DNA of 64,000 nucleotides from an uncultured Peptococcaceae bacterium (GCA_937897635.1 CALCQI010000027.1:50316-114315); one strand, 5' to 3'. Positions 1-9,807 are shown, counted from the first letter of the stretch. Made by a program: numbers and translations. The notes: generated by a model from the letters alone, not told the origin.

Positions 1-709
1 ACATTTGTTTGGCAAAGTTAAGCAAAGTGCCTTTTAAGTCTGCCATGCTAATATTTTTATCCACTACCAAACCTTCTACCTGATGAAACATAGGCGAATG
101 TGTAGCATCATCATCTCTGCGGTAAACCACACCGGGGCAAATGATTTTTACAGGGTTGGGTACCAGCTTATCCATAGTGCGTGCCTGTACAGGTGAAGTA
201 TGTGTACGCAAAAGCACGCTTTCACTTATATAGAAAGAATCCTGCATTTCCCTGGCCGGGTGGTCTACCGATAAGTTAAGACGTTCAAAATTATAATAAT
301 CCAACTCTACCTGAGGCCCCTCGGCAATAGCATAGCCCATACCCAGAAAAATATCTTTTATTTGATCTATAACCATAGTTACGGGGTGTTTGCTGCCCAA
401 AATAAAATTACGGCCGGGCAGCGTAACATCTATTTCTTCTTTAGCAAGCTGTTTGGCAAGCTGCAATTGTGATAACTCTGAAAGCTTAGCCGCTAAACGC
501 TCTTCAATATGGTTTCTTACCTCATTTACCATTTGACCTGCTTTAGGCCTTTCATCAGGTGAAAGGCTGCCCATTGCTTTTGAAATTTGGGTCAATGAGC
601 CTTTTTTGCCAAGGTATTTTACTTTAAGTTCCTGAATTCTATCAGTAGAGGTAACCTCACGCAAATCATCTTCCATTATTTTTTTTATTTCCTGCAGTTT
701 GTCCAGCAT
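1..709 (-). CDS. pheS: Phenylalanine--tRNA ligase alpha subunit, N-terminal portion (3' end lies beyond window start)
   Basis: Reverse translation from ATG at 709..707 gives MLDKLQEIKKIMEDDLREVTSTDRIQELKVKYLGKKGSLT...HTSPVQARTMDK..., typical PheS N-terminus and class II core start; GGAGGA SD 5 nt upstream. Confidence 0.9.
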   Translation of the reverse strand, partial: MLDKLQEIKKIMEDDLREVTSTDRIQELKVKYLGKKGSLTQISKAMGSLSPDERPKAGQMVNEVRNHIEERLAAKLSELSQLQLAKQLAKEEIDVTLPGRNFILGSKHPVTMVIDQIKDIFLGMGYAIAEGPQVELDYYNFERLNLSVDHPAREMQDSFYISESVLLRTHTSPVQARTMDKLVPNPVKIICPGVVYRRDDDATHSPMFHQVEGLVVDKNISMADLKGTLLNFAKQM

Positions 710-769
710 AATGATCCTCCTCACAGACAATTATCAAAAATATAGTTTAAAAAATCTAAAAATAAAAGA

Positions 770-1085
770 TGCTTTACGCCCTAAGGGACGGAAAGCATCC
801 GTGGTACCACCCTAATTAACCTTCTGTATAACACATAAAAAGAAGGCAACTTAAGCTTATATAACGGCAAGCATACCGACCAACCCTACTGACACCAAGT
901 GTTCAGGCCAATTTCTCGCAGGTGAATTTCAACTTAAACTTACTGGAGCAATTTCACCTTAAGCTCCTCTCTGCGAATAAGTATTTAAGCTTACTCTCCT
1001 GTTCATCGAAAGCATTATAATAAATTACTGTAAAAGCAAGTTTTTGTAATAAACGTAAACCGATACCGAACCGGTTCTTTCAAAA
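770..1085 (-). promoter_or_regulatory. T-box riboswitch leader upstream of pheS (minus strand), with terminator hairpin + U-tract just before the SD
   Basis: Minus strand reads AATTAGGGTGGTACCACGG (canonical T-box AATTAGGGTGGNACCGCGG) at ~808-826, followed by stem GCTTTCCGTCCC/GGGCGTAAAGC and TTTTATTTTT; located between trmH-like gene and pheS start. Confidence 0.65.
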
Positions 1086-1219
1086 ATCTTCCAAAAGGCA
1101 TCCGCCGATAGATACATATCAGCACATCCTCTCTGCTATATTGTTTTATCACAAATCCTATAAATATTATAGCATAGGGAGGCTTGTCTGTGCAACATCA
1201 GGCTTATATAAATTTCAGT

Positions 1220-1993
1220 CTATTTCTCGCCAATATCCGCAAAAAATAAAATAGAGGCAGCAACCGCAACGTTCAAAGAATCCACCCCTTTAGCCATGGG
1301 TATGGATAAAGTAAAATCTGCTTTATTACGCCAAAACGCCTCCGGCCCATTGGCCTCCGAGCCTAAAAGCCAAGCCACTTTAGCTGCGCATTTAAATTCA
1401 TGGTAGTCTTCACCATTTGCATCTGCTACCAAAATTTCATAATCATGCTGCTTAAGCTGAAAATAAGCTTCTTCTGCCGTAATCATTGTAACAGGTAAAT
1501 GATAAAGAGCACCCATAGCAGCACGAACCACTTTGGGGTTATAAATATCCACTCCGTTTGCCAAAACGATAATACCCCCCAAACCCGCAGCCCAGGCACT
1601 GCGCAGGATCGTTCCCAAATTACCAGGATCCTGAATATGGTCGAGAATTGCCAGATTTTTACCTGCACTTTCTACAAAAAACTGCTTTATTTCCCAATTG
1701 TTTTTTTTAGCGGCTAAAATTATCCCTTGGCTTTCACGGGTTGCCGAAAGGCTGTGGAAAATACTATCTTTTACATCGTAGCAAGGTATCTGCTGTTGCA
1801 TAAGAGCTTTAACCAGTTTATCCCCTGCAAGTTTTTCAGTATACAAGCAATACGCTATTTTAGTATCAGTACCCAAAACCTCTTTGGCATTTCGCATACC
1901 CTCAATGATAAAAAGCCCCGTTTCATCACGGCTTTTTTTGTTTTGCAAAGAACGTATCTCTTTTACAAATTTATTGTCTCTTGAAGTTATCAT
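1220..1993 (-). CDS. TrmH/SpoU-family RNA 2'-O-methyltransferase (RlmB-like)
   Basis: 257 aa; SpoU_methylase-type motifs (LDHIQDPGNLGTILRSAWAAG, IPMAKGVDSLNVAVAASILFF); conserved position upstream of pheS as in Bacillus ysgA. Confidence 0.8.
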   Translation of the reverse strand: MITSRDNKFVKEIRSLQNKKSRDETGLFIIEGMRNAKEVLGTDTKIAYCLYTEKLAGDKLVKALMQQQIPCYDVKDSIFHSLSATRESQGIILAAKKNNWEIKQFFVESAGKNLAILDHIQDPGNLGTILRSAWAAGLGGIIVLANGVDIYNPKVVRAAMGALYHLPVTMITAEEAYFQLKQHDYEILVADANGEDYHEFKCAAKVAWLLGSEANGPEAFWRNKADFTLSIPMAKGVDSLNVAVAASILFFADIGEK

Positions 1994-2043
1994 ACAGCAC
2001 CTATAAAAAATCAGCCGTTTAAACGGCTGATTTTGATTTCAAA

Positions 2044-2400
2044 TTATTTTAAGGCAGATTTAGCGGTTTCAGCCAATTTACTGAAAGCAGTAGCATCGTT
2101 TACTGCCAATTCGGCAAGCATTTTACGGTTTATGCTAACACCTGCTTTACTCAAACCATTCATCATCCTGCTATATGAAATATCATTCATACGGGCAGCA
2201 GCATTGATACGGGTAATCCACAATTTGCGGAAATCACCTTTCTTTTTACGACGGTGAGCAAAAGCATAGTTCAAAGAATGGAGAACCTGTTCGTTAGCTA
2301 CTCTATACAGCTTGGAGCTGGAAGCGCGGTAGCCTTTGGCTAATTTTAATATTTTATTGTGTCTATGATGTTTGGTAAAACCTTTTTTTATTCTAGTCAT
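2044..2400 (-). CDS. rplT: 50S ribosomal protein L20
   Basis: 118 aa [39 protein letters not shown]... textbook L20. Confidence 0.95.
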   Translation of the reverse strand: MTRIKKGFTKHHRHNKILKLAKGYRASSSKLYRVANEQVLHSLNYAFAHRRKKKGDFRKLWITRINAAARMNDISYSRMMNGLSKAGVSINRKMLAELAVNDATAFSKLAETAKSALK

Positions 2401-2439
2401 GCTGAATAAACCTCGCTTTCTTTAACGTATAAGCCAATC

Positions 2440-2637
2440 CTACAGATATGGCAGCATTTTTCTAAGACGGTTATGATCTGCTCTGCTGGAAACTACAGCC
2501 TTACGCAAGTTACGTTTACGCTTGGGGCTTTTAGTTTCAAGGATATGGCTACTGAAAGCTTTATGTCTTATCAGTTTGCCGGTACCTGTAACTTTATATC
2601 TTTTAGCAGCTCCACGGTGACTCTTCATTTTAGGCAT
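2440..2637 (-). CDS. rpmI: 50S ribosomal protein L35
   Basis: 65 aa [28 protein letters not shown]... textbook L35. Confidence 0.95.
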   Translation of the reverse strand: MPKMKSHRGAAKRYKVTGTGKLIRHKAFSSHILETKSPKRKRNLRKAVVSSRADHNRLRKMLPYL

Positions 2638-2684
2638 AATAATCCTCCTCTACAGAAATATATACAAGCTTTACTGTATACGTA

Positions 2685-3197
2685 TTAGTTTTTAGGGGTT
2701 AAAATCATGGTCATATTGCGGCCTTCCAGCTTAGCAGGCTTTTCAACATTAGAAATTTCCGCAAGCCTTTCACTCATACGATTGCACAATACCACACCAA
2801 GCTCGGGATGAGTAACCTCTCTACCGCGAAACATAATGGTAACCTTTACCTTGTCCTTATTCATAAGGAATTTTTCCGCATTACGAGCTTTGGTTTCAAA
2901 ATCATGGTCTTCAATATTTATCCGCAGTTTTACCTCTTTTAAGATAATAATCTTTTGATTTTTTTTGGTTTCTTTATCCCTTTTTAACTGCTCAAAACGA
3001 TAACGCCCGTAATCCATGACTTTGCAAACCGGCGGTTTGGCGTTAGGTGATATTTCCACCAGATCCAAGCCTTTATCATAGGCCGTTTGCAAGGCTTCCT
3101 TAGTAGAAACAACTACCGGTTGTTCTTCGCTGTTTTCCAAAACCAGGCGCACTTCACCAATCCTGATTTCTTCATTAATCCGCAATTCTTTAAAAAT
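2685..3197 (-). CDS. infC: Translation initiation factor IF-3, non-canonical AUU start
   Basis: IF3 N/C domains (EVRLV..., KVMDYGRYRFEQ..., KVTIMFRGRE); GGAGGTG SD at 3211..3205 is exactly 7 nt from ATT (3197..3195) but 19 nt from the TTG used by the ORF track; the reading frame opens at a TAA at 3203..3201. Confidence 0.85.
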   Translation of the reverse strand: MFKELRINEEIRIGEVRLVLENSEEQPVVVSTKEALQTAYDKGLDLVEISPNAKPPVCKVMDYGRYRFEQLKRDKETKKNQKIIILKEVKLRINIEDHDFETKARNAEKFLMNKDKVKVTIMFRGREVTHPELGVVLCNRMSERLAEISNVEKPAKLEGRNMTMILTPKN

Positions 3198-3224
3198 GAT
3201 TTAACACCTCCCAAACAAATTAAA

Positions 3225-3252
3225 AAAGCGGGTGTAGAACACCCGCTTCTCA
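3225..3252 (-). terminator. Rho-independent terminator/attenuator between thrS and infC
   Basis: Minus strand GCGGGTGTTCTACACCCGC hairpin followed by TTTTTTAATTTGTTT, immediately upstream of infC SD (position consistent with the L20-controlled infC-rpmI-rplT leader attenuator of Firmicutes). Confidence 0.6.
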
Positions 3253-3389
3253 TAACAAAACCCAAAATTTTGCTATAGACCCGACCGCTTAACAGCCAAG
3301 GTGAGGATGGGCTCCTACTTTGCTTTATTTACTAAATAATATTAACACAAATTAAACCCTTTGTCAACACATTGTCAATACATGGTAGA

Positions 3390-5303
3390 TTAAAAAAACG
3401 TTTTTTCGGCAATTTGCTTTTTAAGCAATTCCATAAAGTCATTCGCTTTTTGGGTACCAATATCACCTTCACCACGTTTGCGTACAGCAACAAGGCCATC
3501 TGACATTTCTTTATCACCAATAACCAGCATATAAGGTATCTTTTGGGTTTGGGCTTCCCTGATTTTGTAGCCTATTTTTTCATTACGGGTATCCACTTCT
3601 ACCCGTATACCGGCTTTTTTATATTTTTTAGCCAATTCGTTTACATAATCAAGCTGATTACCTGTAATATTCATGATTTTTACCTGTACAGGAGCAAGCC
3701 AAAGCGGAAAAGCACCCGCAAAATGCTCCGTCAAAATACCGATAAACCGTTCCATGCTACCAAAAGCAACTCTGTGGATCATAACAGGGCGGTGTTTTTG
3801 ATTATCCTCGCCTATATAAGCCATATCAAATTTTTCGGGCATTTGGAAATCCAACTGGATAGTACCACACTGCCAAGTCCTGCCAATGCTATCTTGCAGG
3901 TGGAAATCCAATTTGGGTCCATAAAAAGCGCCATCACCCGGATTGATTTTATAAGACATCCCCATTTCATCCATGGCTTCAGCCAAGGAATTGGTAGCAA
4001 GCTCCCAAATAGCATCATCACCCATGGCTTTTTCAGGCTTTGTAGACAGTTCAACATGGTATTCAAAACCAAATAGTTTATAAATATAATCTACAAGCTT
4101 TGTAACACCTTTGATTTCCTCTTTGATTTGGCTTGGCAGCATAAAAATATGGGCATCATCCTGCGTAAAGCAGCGTACACGCATTAAACCGTGTAAAGCT
4201 CCCGAGAGCTCGTGGCGGTGTACCTGACCCAATTCACCCATTCTGATGGGTAAATCACGGTAACTGTGCAGATCGTTTTTATAAACTAAAATACCGCCGG
4301 GGCAGTTCATAGGCTTGATTGCATAATCCTCATCATCTATTTTGGTAAAATACATGTTGTCTTTATAATGATCCCAGTGCCCCGAACGTTCCCAAAGCTG
4401 GCGGTTCAAGATCATAGGAGTTTTTACCTCTACATAATCGTTGGCTTCATGCACCTCGCGCCAGAATTTTTCCAGCTCATTTCTCAAAATCATGCCCTTA
4501 GGCAAAAAGAATGGGAAACCCGGGCCTTCATCCATAAAAGTAAATAAGCCCAATTCTTGGCCTAAACGGCGATGATCACGTTTTTTGGCTTCCTCCATAC
4601 GGAAAATATAGTCATCCAGCATTTTTTGTTTGGGAAAAGTTATACCATATATCCTTTGCAGCATTTTGTTTTTCTCACTGCCGCGCCAATAAGCACCCGC
4701 CAGGCTTAAAAGCTTGATAGCCTTTACCATACCTGCATTGGGTATGTGCGGGCCTGCACATAAATCAATAAAATCGCCCTGAGTATAAGTGCTTATTACA
4801 GCATCTTCAGGCAAGTCATTGATCAATTCAACTTTATAGATTTGGCCTTTATCAGCAAAAAATTTCAGTGCTTCGGAACGGCTCATTTCTTTTCTTTGGT
4901 ATTCAGCCTTATCCTTAACTATCTTGAGCATTTCGGCTTCTATTTTTGCCATATCCTCAGGCGTAAAAACGTGTTCGGAATCCAAATCATAATAAAAACC
5001 CTCTTTGATAGCGGGGCCTATACCAAATTTAGTACCGGGGAAAAGATGCTGGACGGCTTGCGCCATGATATGAGAAGAACTGTGCCAAAAAACAACCTTG
5101 CCTTCCTCATCGTCAAAGGTAAGTACGGCAAAATCAACTTCCCCATCCAAAACTGTATTCAAATCCACAATTTTACCATTGACCTTGGCCGCCACTGCTG
5201 CTTTAGCCAGGCTGTTGCTGATATTTTTTGTAACTTCAAGCGCACTCATGGCTTCAGAAAATTCTTTTTTGCCGCCATCGGGCAAATTGATAATCAATGT
5301 CAT
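3390..5303 (-). CDS. thrS: Threonine--tRNA ligase
   Basis: 637 aa; TGS/editing/class II core/anticodon-binding architecture, motifs HRDLPIRMGELG..., FTQDDAHIF, typical length. Confidence 0.95.
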   Translation of the reverse strand: MTLIINLPDGGKKEFSEAMSALEVTKNISNSLAKAAVAAKVNGKIVDLNTVLDGEVDFAVLTFDDEEGKVVFWHSSSHIMAQAVQHLFPGTKFGIGPAIKEGFYYDLDSEHVFTPEDMAKIEAEMLKIVKDKAEYQRKEMSRSEALKFFADKGQIYKVELINDLPEDAVISTYTQGDFIDLCAGPHIPNAGMVKAIKLLSLAGAYWRGSEKNKMLQRIYGITFPKQKMLDDYIFRMEEAKKRDHRRLGQELGLFTFMDEGPGFPFFLPKGMILRNELEKFWREVHEANDYVEVKTPMILNRQLWERSGHWDHYKDNMYFTKIDDEDYAIKPMNCPGGILVYKNDLHSYRDLPIRMGELGQVHRHELSGALHGLMRVRCFTQDDAHIFMLPSQIKEEIKGVTKLVDYIYKLFGFEYHVELSTKPEKAMGDDAIWELATNSLAEAMDEMGMSYKINPGDGAFYGPKLDFHLQDSIGRTWQCGTIQLDFQMPEKFDMAYIGEDNQKHRPVMIHRVAFGSMERFIGILTEHFAGAFPLWLAPVQVKIMNITGNQLDYVNELAKKYKKAGIRVEVDTRNEKIGYKIREAQTQKIPYMLVIGDKEMSDGLVAVRKRGEGDIGTQKANDFMELLKKQIAEKTFF

Positions 5304-5309
5304 TTTTTT

Positions 5310-5575
5310 CCTCCTTTTGATTTTAAAAATAAAAAACCTTCATCCGTAAGGGACGAAAGTTATTCCGTGGTTCCACCCTAATAGAGAAAATGCCTCCACT
5401 TAATACCGTTAACGCCGATTTACGTTACCCTTGAATACGGGTACAGCTCCGAGGTGGTATAGGGAATTTTTTTTGCTAAACGCTTCCAGCCAAGGCGTTT
5501 ATTCTCTGGTACAAAAGGTACTTCCTTTTTGTCCTCTTCATTACTTGTGTTTATTATAAAGCACCACTTAAACAT
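5310..5575 (-). promoter_or_regulatory. T-box riboswitch leader upstream of thrS
   Basis: Minus strand TTAGGGTGGAACCACGG at ~5383-5366, then 9-bp wobble stem CUUUCGUCC/GGAUGAAGG and UUUUUUAUUUUU before the thrS SD. Confidence 0.65.
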
Positions 5576-5605
5576 TGTCAATTATTTAAATGCAACAAAT
5601 CCCGT

Positions 5606-5640
5606 TTTTGTAAGAAAAGGATCGTCAAAGCTATTTGACG
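5606..5640 (-). terminator. Terminator downstream of ctp-like gene
   Basis: Perfect stem GGATCGTCAAA...TTTGACGATCC followed on minus strand by TTTTCTTACAAAAAC. Confidence 0.6.
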
Positions 5641-5686
5641 ATCCTAAAATCCGTTAATCAGCATATATTTGCTTTTATTTTAATAT

Positions 5687-7174
5687 CTAATCATAATTTT
5701 TGATTATGATGCTGCCATAATCAGTGTATATTTCTATATTAAATCCAAAATATTTTTTTATGAAAGTTTCTGAAACCATAGTAGTTCCATTATTTTTGAC
5801 CAAATTTTCTTTTGTTGCCTTTCCTGATTTTTTTACCATATTGGTAACAGGATTGATAATTATTTTATCATCATAGCCTTGCATAACAATACCTCCATTT
5901 TTCAAGGAAACATTGTAACCGGCTATATAAGCGGCATCCCGCAAAGAAAGGTAGATTTTGTCGTTTATCAATTTTGGAGCCTTAAGCATTGTTATGGTAT
6001 CTTCCAAATGTTCATTCAAAAACACCAATTCCTTGCTGCCTATTTTACCTGTATAGGTCATATTTGAGGTTTTATTCAAAAGCATATTTACAGCCAAATC
6101 AGCAGCTTTATTTTCATTACCCACATAAATACTGGGTAAAACACCTTTTTGTGTATAAATATCTTGCATATTCCTGCTATATGAACGAGCAGTTGTGAAT
6201 TTCACTATAGCACCATCCGGCAGCATAAAAAGGGATTGCGCAACCCCCTTACCACCTGTTTTGGAACCTATAACCGGCACACCCAAATCCTGCATCGTAG
6301 TAGCAAATATTTCAGCCGCACTCCAAGTATTGTTGTTTACCAGAACAACTATAGGAATGTCCCAATATTCTTGATCATAAGTCCAGTAGGTTTTAAACCT
6401 GCCATTTGCCATATCCAAAAAGGCTGTTTTGCCAAAAGGTATAAGCATATCCAAAACATCTGACATTATCTGTACATCACCGCCAGGGCTATTAGATAAA
6501 TCCAAAATCAAGCTTTTTACACCTGCTTCCTTGAATTCGGCAATGATCTCTCCCATATATTTAGGCAAATTTTCATTAAAATAGCTTATAGATATATAGC
6601 CCATATCATCACCCAGCACTCCATAAGCGGGAGTCAAGTCATAAGCTGCTGTAATAATGCTTAAATTATTGGTTTTGCCATCCCTTATATATTTTAAGTT
6701 TACATTTACACCTTCGGTAGTTGGGAAAAGAGGTTTGATTTCTGTTAAAGTTTTATTGATGATTGATACTCCGTTGATTTCTGTAATTATATCTCCTGCT
6801 TTTAAACCTGCAGCTTCAGCTGCCGAATCCTTCATTACATTATTTATAAAAACACCTTGCCCTTTTTCCAGCAGTGAATAATTTATGCCGAGACCATAGC
6901 CATCTTTATTAAAATCATGCATAAACTCTGCAAATTCTTCAGGAGTATAATACTCCGCATAAGGATCATGCAGACCTTCTATGATTTTATCTATATCATT
7001 GCTTTGTAAAATACTTCTGTCATAATCAAATATATAATATTCTTCAATATAAGCCTTTACCAAGTCTGCATTGGTTGGTGCAGCAGCCATTGCGCTGCCT
7101 GAAAAAACCAAACAAAGGCATATTACCAATAATATAATAAGCCCTATTTTTTTAGTGTTTTTTATTGATTTCAC
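5687..7174 (-). CDS. S41 carboxyl-terminal processing peptidase with PDZ domain, secreted/lipid-anchored
   Basis: 495 aa; N-terminal signal peptide (LIILLVICLCLVFSGSAMAAA), PDZ (GVFINNVMKDSAAEAAGLKAGDIITEING), S41 catalytic block (LILDLSNSPGG...), C-terminal stalk-like domain. Confidence 0.8.
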   Translation of the reverse strand: MKSIKNTKKIGLIILLVICLCLVFSGSAMAAAPTNADLVKAYIEEYYIFDYDRSILQSNDIDKIIEGLHDPYAEYYTPEEFAEFMHDFNKDGYGLGINYSLLEKGQGVFINNVMKDSAAEAAGLKAGDIITEINGVSIINKTLTEIKPLFPTTEGVNVNLKYIRDGKTNNLSIITAAYDLTPAYGVLGDDMGYISISYFNENLPKYMGEIIAEFKEAGVKSLILDLSNSPGGDVQIMSDVLDMLIPFGKTAFLDMANGRFKTYWTYDQEYWDIPIVVLVNNNTWSAAEIFATTMQDLGVPVIGSKTGGKGVAQSLFMLPDGAIVKFTTARSYSRNMQDIYTQKGVLPSIYVGNENKAADLAVNMLLNKTSNMTYTGKIGSKELVFLNEHLEDTITMLKAPKLINDKIYLSLRDAAYIAGYNVSLKNGGIVMQGYDDKIIINPVTNMVKKSGKATKENLVKNNGTTMVSETFIKKYFGFNIEIYTDYGSIIIKNYD

Positions 7175-7207
7175 TTAATAATTACGCCTCTTTTCTTGTT
7201 TACAGGT

Positions 7208-7846
7208 TCACACCTTGTATTCACAAAGTTGTTGTACAATACACATATCACATTTGGGTTTTTGAGCTGTACAAACTTTCCTGCCATGCCAAATCAACCA
7301 GTGATGTGCTTCTGCCCAATCCTTTTCAGGAATAATGGCACATAAATCGGCTTCCACTTGCTCAGGATTTTTACCATTACTGAAGCCTAAACGGTGGGCC
7401 AGCCTAAACACATGCGTGTCAACAGCCAAAGCAGGTATTCCATAACCAACACTAAGCACAACATTAGCTGTTTTTCTGCCAACACCTGGTAACAGCATTA
7501 ACTCTTCCCTGGTTTTTGGCACTTCGCCTTTATATTGCTCTAAAATAATTTTACTTGCAGCCAATATATTCTTAGCCTTATTTTTGTATAGACCACAGGT
7601 TTTTATCAATTGTTCCAACTCTGCCAGTTTAATTTTAGCCAAATTTTCCGGGGTACCGTAATTTTTAAATAACTTCTCCGTTATTTTATTTACCTGATTA
7701 TCATTGGTTTGGGCGGAAAGTATTACCGCAATCAACAGTTGATAAACACTGCCAAATTTCAAAGCTGAACCGGTACCATCATATTCCTTATGTAACAAAG
7801 TAAATATTTCTTGTTCACGTGTCAAAACCATTTTACACCTCCACAT
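7208..7846 (-). CDS. nth: Endonuclease III (DNA-(apurinic or apyrimidinic site) lyase)
   Basis: HhH-GPD motif LPGVGRKTANVVL, catalytic K/D, C-terminal [4Fe-4S] CTAQKPKCDMCIVQQLC. Confidence 0.9.
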   Translation of the reverse strand: MWRCKMVLTREQEIFTLLHKEYDGTGSALKFGSVYQLLIAVILSAQTNDNQVNKITEKLFKNYGTPENLAKIKLAELEQLIKTCGLYKNKAKNILAASKIILEQYKGEVPKTREELMLLPGVGRKTANVVLSVGYGIPALAVDTHVFRLAHRLGFSNGKNPEQVEADLCAIIPEKDWAEAHHWLIWHGRKVCTAQKPKCDMCIVQQLCEYKV

Positions 7847-7982
7847 ACACAGTATGAAATTCGCTGTATAATATTAAAATCCTTTAACCGTGAAATTATA
7901 CTCCCACTTTTTTTGTAAATATGTTATAATACTAAAAGTACTTGTATTTATACTTATTTGAGATATTCAAGGAGGATTATTA

Positions 7983-8384
7983 ATGGACAGAACTTATATC
8001 ATGTTAAAACCCGATGCGCTGAAAAGAGGTTTGGCAGGCGAAATTTTAGCTCGCATTGAAAAGAAAGGCTATAAATTTGCCGATATGAAATTAATGCAGC
8101 TTAATAAAGCCATTCTTAAGGAACATTATGCTCATATAGCAGACCGCCCCTTTTTTCCCGATCTGGTAGCTTATATGACTTCCGGCCCCGTTCTCGCTAT
8201 GATAGTTGAAGGCCCCGACGTTGTATTGGGTATGCGTATTTTAATGGGTGCTACCAAATTTGAAGAAGCCGCCCCCGGAACTATCCGCGGCGACTATGCT
8301 TTCTGCACTACCGAAAACCTGATCCACGGTTCCGACTCCAAAGAAAATGCTGAAATCGAGATTAAACGCTTCTTTAATAAATAA
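7983..8384 (+). CDS. ndk: Nucleoside diphosphate kinase
   Basis: 133 aa; MLKPDALKRGL...NLIHGSDS active-site His motif. Confidence 0.95.
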   Translation: MDRTYIMLKPDALKRGLAGEILARIEKKGYKFADMKLMQLNKAILKEHYAHIADRPFFPDLVAYMTSGPVLAMIVEGPDVVLGMRILMGATKFEEAAPGTIRGDYAFCTTENLIHGSDSKENAEIEIKRFFNK

Positions 8385-8411
8385 ATTTACCTAAATAGTT
8401 TTATAAAAACC

Positions 8412-8456
8412 CAAAAAGGCTTTATATGCTAAATACATATAAAGCCTTTTATTTTT
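8412..8456 (+). terminator. Rho-independent terminator of ndk
   Basis: AAAGGCTTTATATG...CATATAAAGCCTTT hairpin followed by TATTTTTC. Confidence 0.7.
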
Positions 8457-8494
8457 CAGCAAAAAATATTTTACTGAATATATATAACAATAAT

Positions 8495-9445
8495 TTATTT
8501 CTTATATTTATTTTGCAACCTTGCCGTATTCCTTTCCCAAAATACACCATCGGCATAACCTTGAATGGATTTATCTGCATCAGCCATTTCCAAACGTCTC
8601 ATGGCAACTGCTATATAATTGGGATTAAGCTCTACGCCGCCGAAATCACGCCCTAATTTTTTGGCTACAACCGCTGTAGTACCACTACCCATAAAAGGAT
8701 CGAACACAAAATCACCCGCTTGTGAGCTTGCCAAAATAAGTTTGGCCAAAAGCTTTTCGGGCTTTTGGGTAGGATGATCGGTGTTTTCAGGCATTGACCA
8801 ATAAGGTATGGAAATATCATCCCAAAAATTTGCCGCATAGGTATTGCGAAAATTTCCTAAAGCTGTTTCTTCCCAATCTTTTGGTTCTCCGTTGATTTTA
8901 TATGGAGCAATTACTTGACGGCGCTGTTTTACTGCCTCTGCATTAAAGTAATGATCTTTGGTTCTGGTACAAAAATAGATGTCTTCCATGGCATTTTTCC
9001 AATTTTTTTTCGCACCCCTACCCTTTTCACGCTGCCAGGTAATGCGGTTTTGCAAATAAAAATATTGCTGTAAAACCTCTCCTATAATAAGGCCTGATTG
9101 CCAATCACAACAAACATAAATTTGCGCTTTGGGCTTTAACAATGGCAAAACTTTATCAAGCCATGCTACAGTATAGCTCCTATAATCATTTTGTGATTTT
9201 TTATTGAATTTTTCACCACCGTAATTTTTATTGAGATTATAAGGCGGATCTACAATCAGCAAATCCACAAAAGCAGGCGGCAAATAATTTGCTACCTCAA
9301 AAAAATCGCCCTGTACCAATTTATTTTTTATCATATCGGTATTCATTATGCCTGCATTCGGTTTTATTGCCATTGCAGAATAATAAAGTTTTTCTTTTTC
9401 CTCAAGCACTATGGTTTTGTTTCTTGAGGCTTTTTTTGCCTGCAT
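8495..9445 (-). CDS. Beta-class DNA N6-adenine (possibly N4-cytosine) methyltransferase
   Basis: 316 aa; motif IV DPPY (LLIVDPPYN) N-terminal and motif I FDPFMGSGTT C-terminal = beta-group amino-MTase order (M.PvuII/M.RsrI-like). Confidence 0.85.
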   Translation of the reverse strand: MQAKKASRNKTIVLEEKEKLYYSAMAIKPNAGIMNTDMIKNKLVQGDFFEVANYLPPAFVDLLIVDPPYNLNKNYGGEKFNKKSQNDYRSYTVAWLDKVLPLLKPKAQIYVCCDWQSGLIIGEVLQQYFYLQNRITWQREKGRGAKKNWKNAMEDIYFCTRTKDHYFNAEAVKQRRQVIAPYKINGEPKDWEETALGNFRNTYAANFWDDISIPYWSMPENTDHPTQKPEKLLAKLILASSQAGDFVFDPFMGSGTTAVVAKKLGRDFGGVELNPNYIAVAMRRLEMADADKSIQGYADGVFWERNTARLQNKYKK

Positions 9446-9456
9446 AAATTATCCTC

Positions 9457-9807
9457 CTAATAAAGCTCTAAAGTTTCACCTATATTTTCTTGCCACATCA
9501 GTAAAAGTTCTTTTAAATCGCTCCTGAATTCTTTATTGGTTTGTTCAGGAAGTTTTTCAAGTTCCTCTTTTACTTCAAAACAAAATGCTTCCGCACCATA
9601 CTTTTGCCAGTCTTTAGTTAATTCTATCTGATAACAACTGTTAGTTTTACAAGCAAAATCGAAACGGTTTTTTGCTCCTGCCAAATTAGGCGCAGCAAAT
9701 AAAAGTATTTTACCGTTTATAGTATTGGTTATTTTACAAATACCGCCAATATCCTTTTTTGTTTTATAAGCATTGATCATGTCTTTTCTATTTTCTATTG
9801 TTACCAT
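9457..9807 (-). CDS. Free-standing GIY-YIG-like nuclease domain protein with substituted signature tyrosines
   Basis: 116 aa; aligns to I-TevI catalytic domain: GGICKITNTINGKILLFAAPNLAGAKNRF...WQKYGAEAFCFEV (GIY->GIC, YIG->LLF, Arg and Glu retained); no DNA-binding domain. Confidence 0.55.
   Translation of the reverse strand: MVTIENRKDMINAYKTKKDIGGICKITNTINGKILLFAAPNLAGAKNRFDFACKTNSCYQIELTKDWQKYGAEAFCFEVKEELEKLPEQTNKEFRSDLKELLLMWQENIGETLELY

Noticed and set aside
3543-5381. Several 60-180-aa ORFs antisense to thrS (and similar antisense ORFs inside the SLH gene, gerAA, feoB, speA, GGDEF gene)
   Set aside because: All are embedded opposite long, well-supported genes, have no RBS and have low-complexity translations. 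Treated as frame artefacts.
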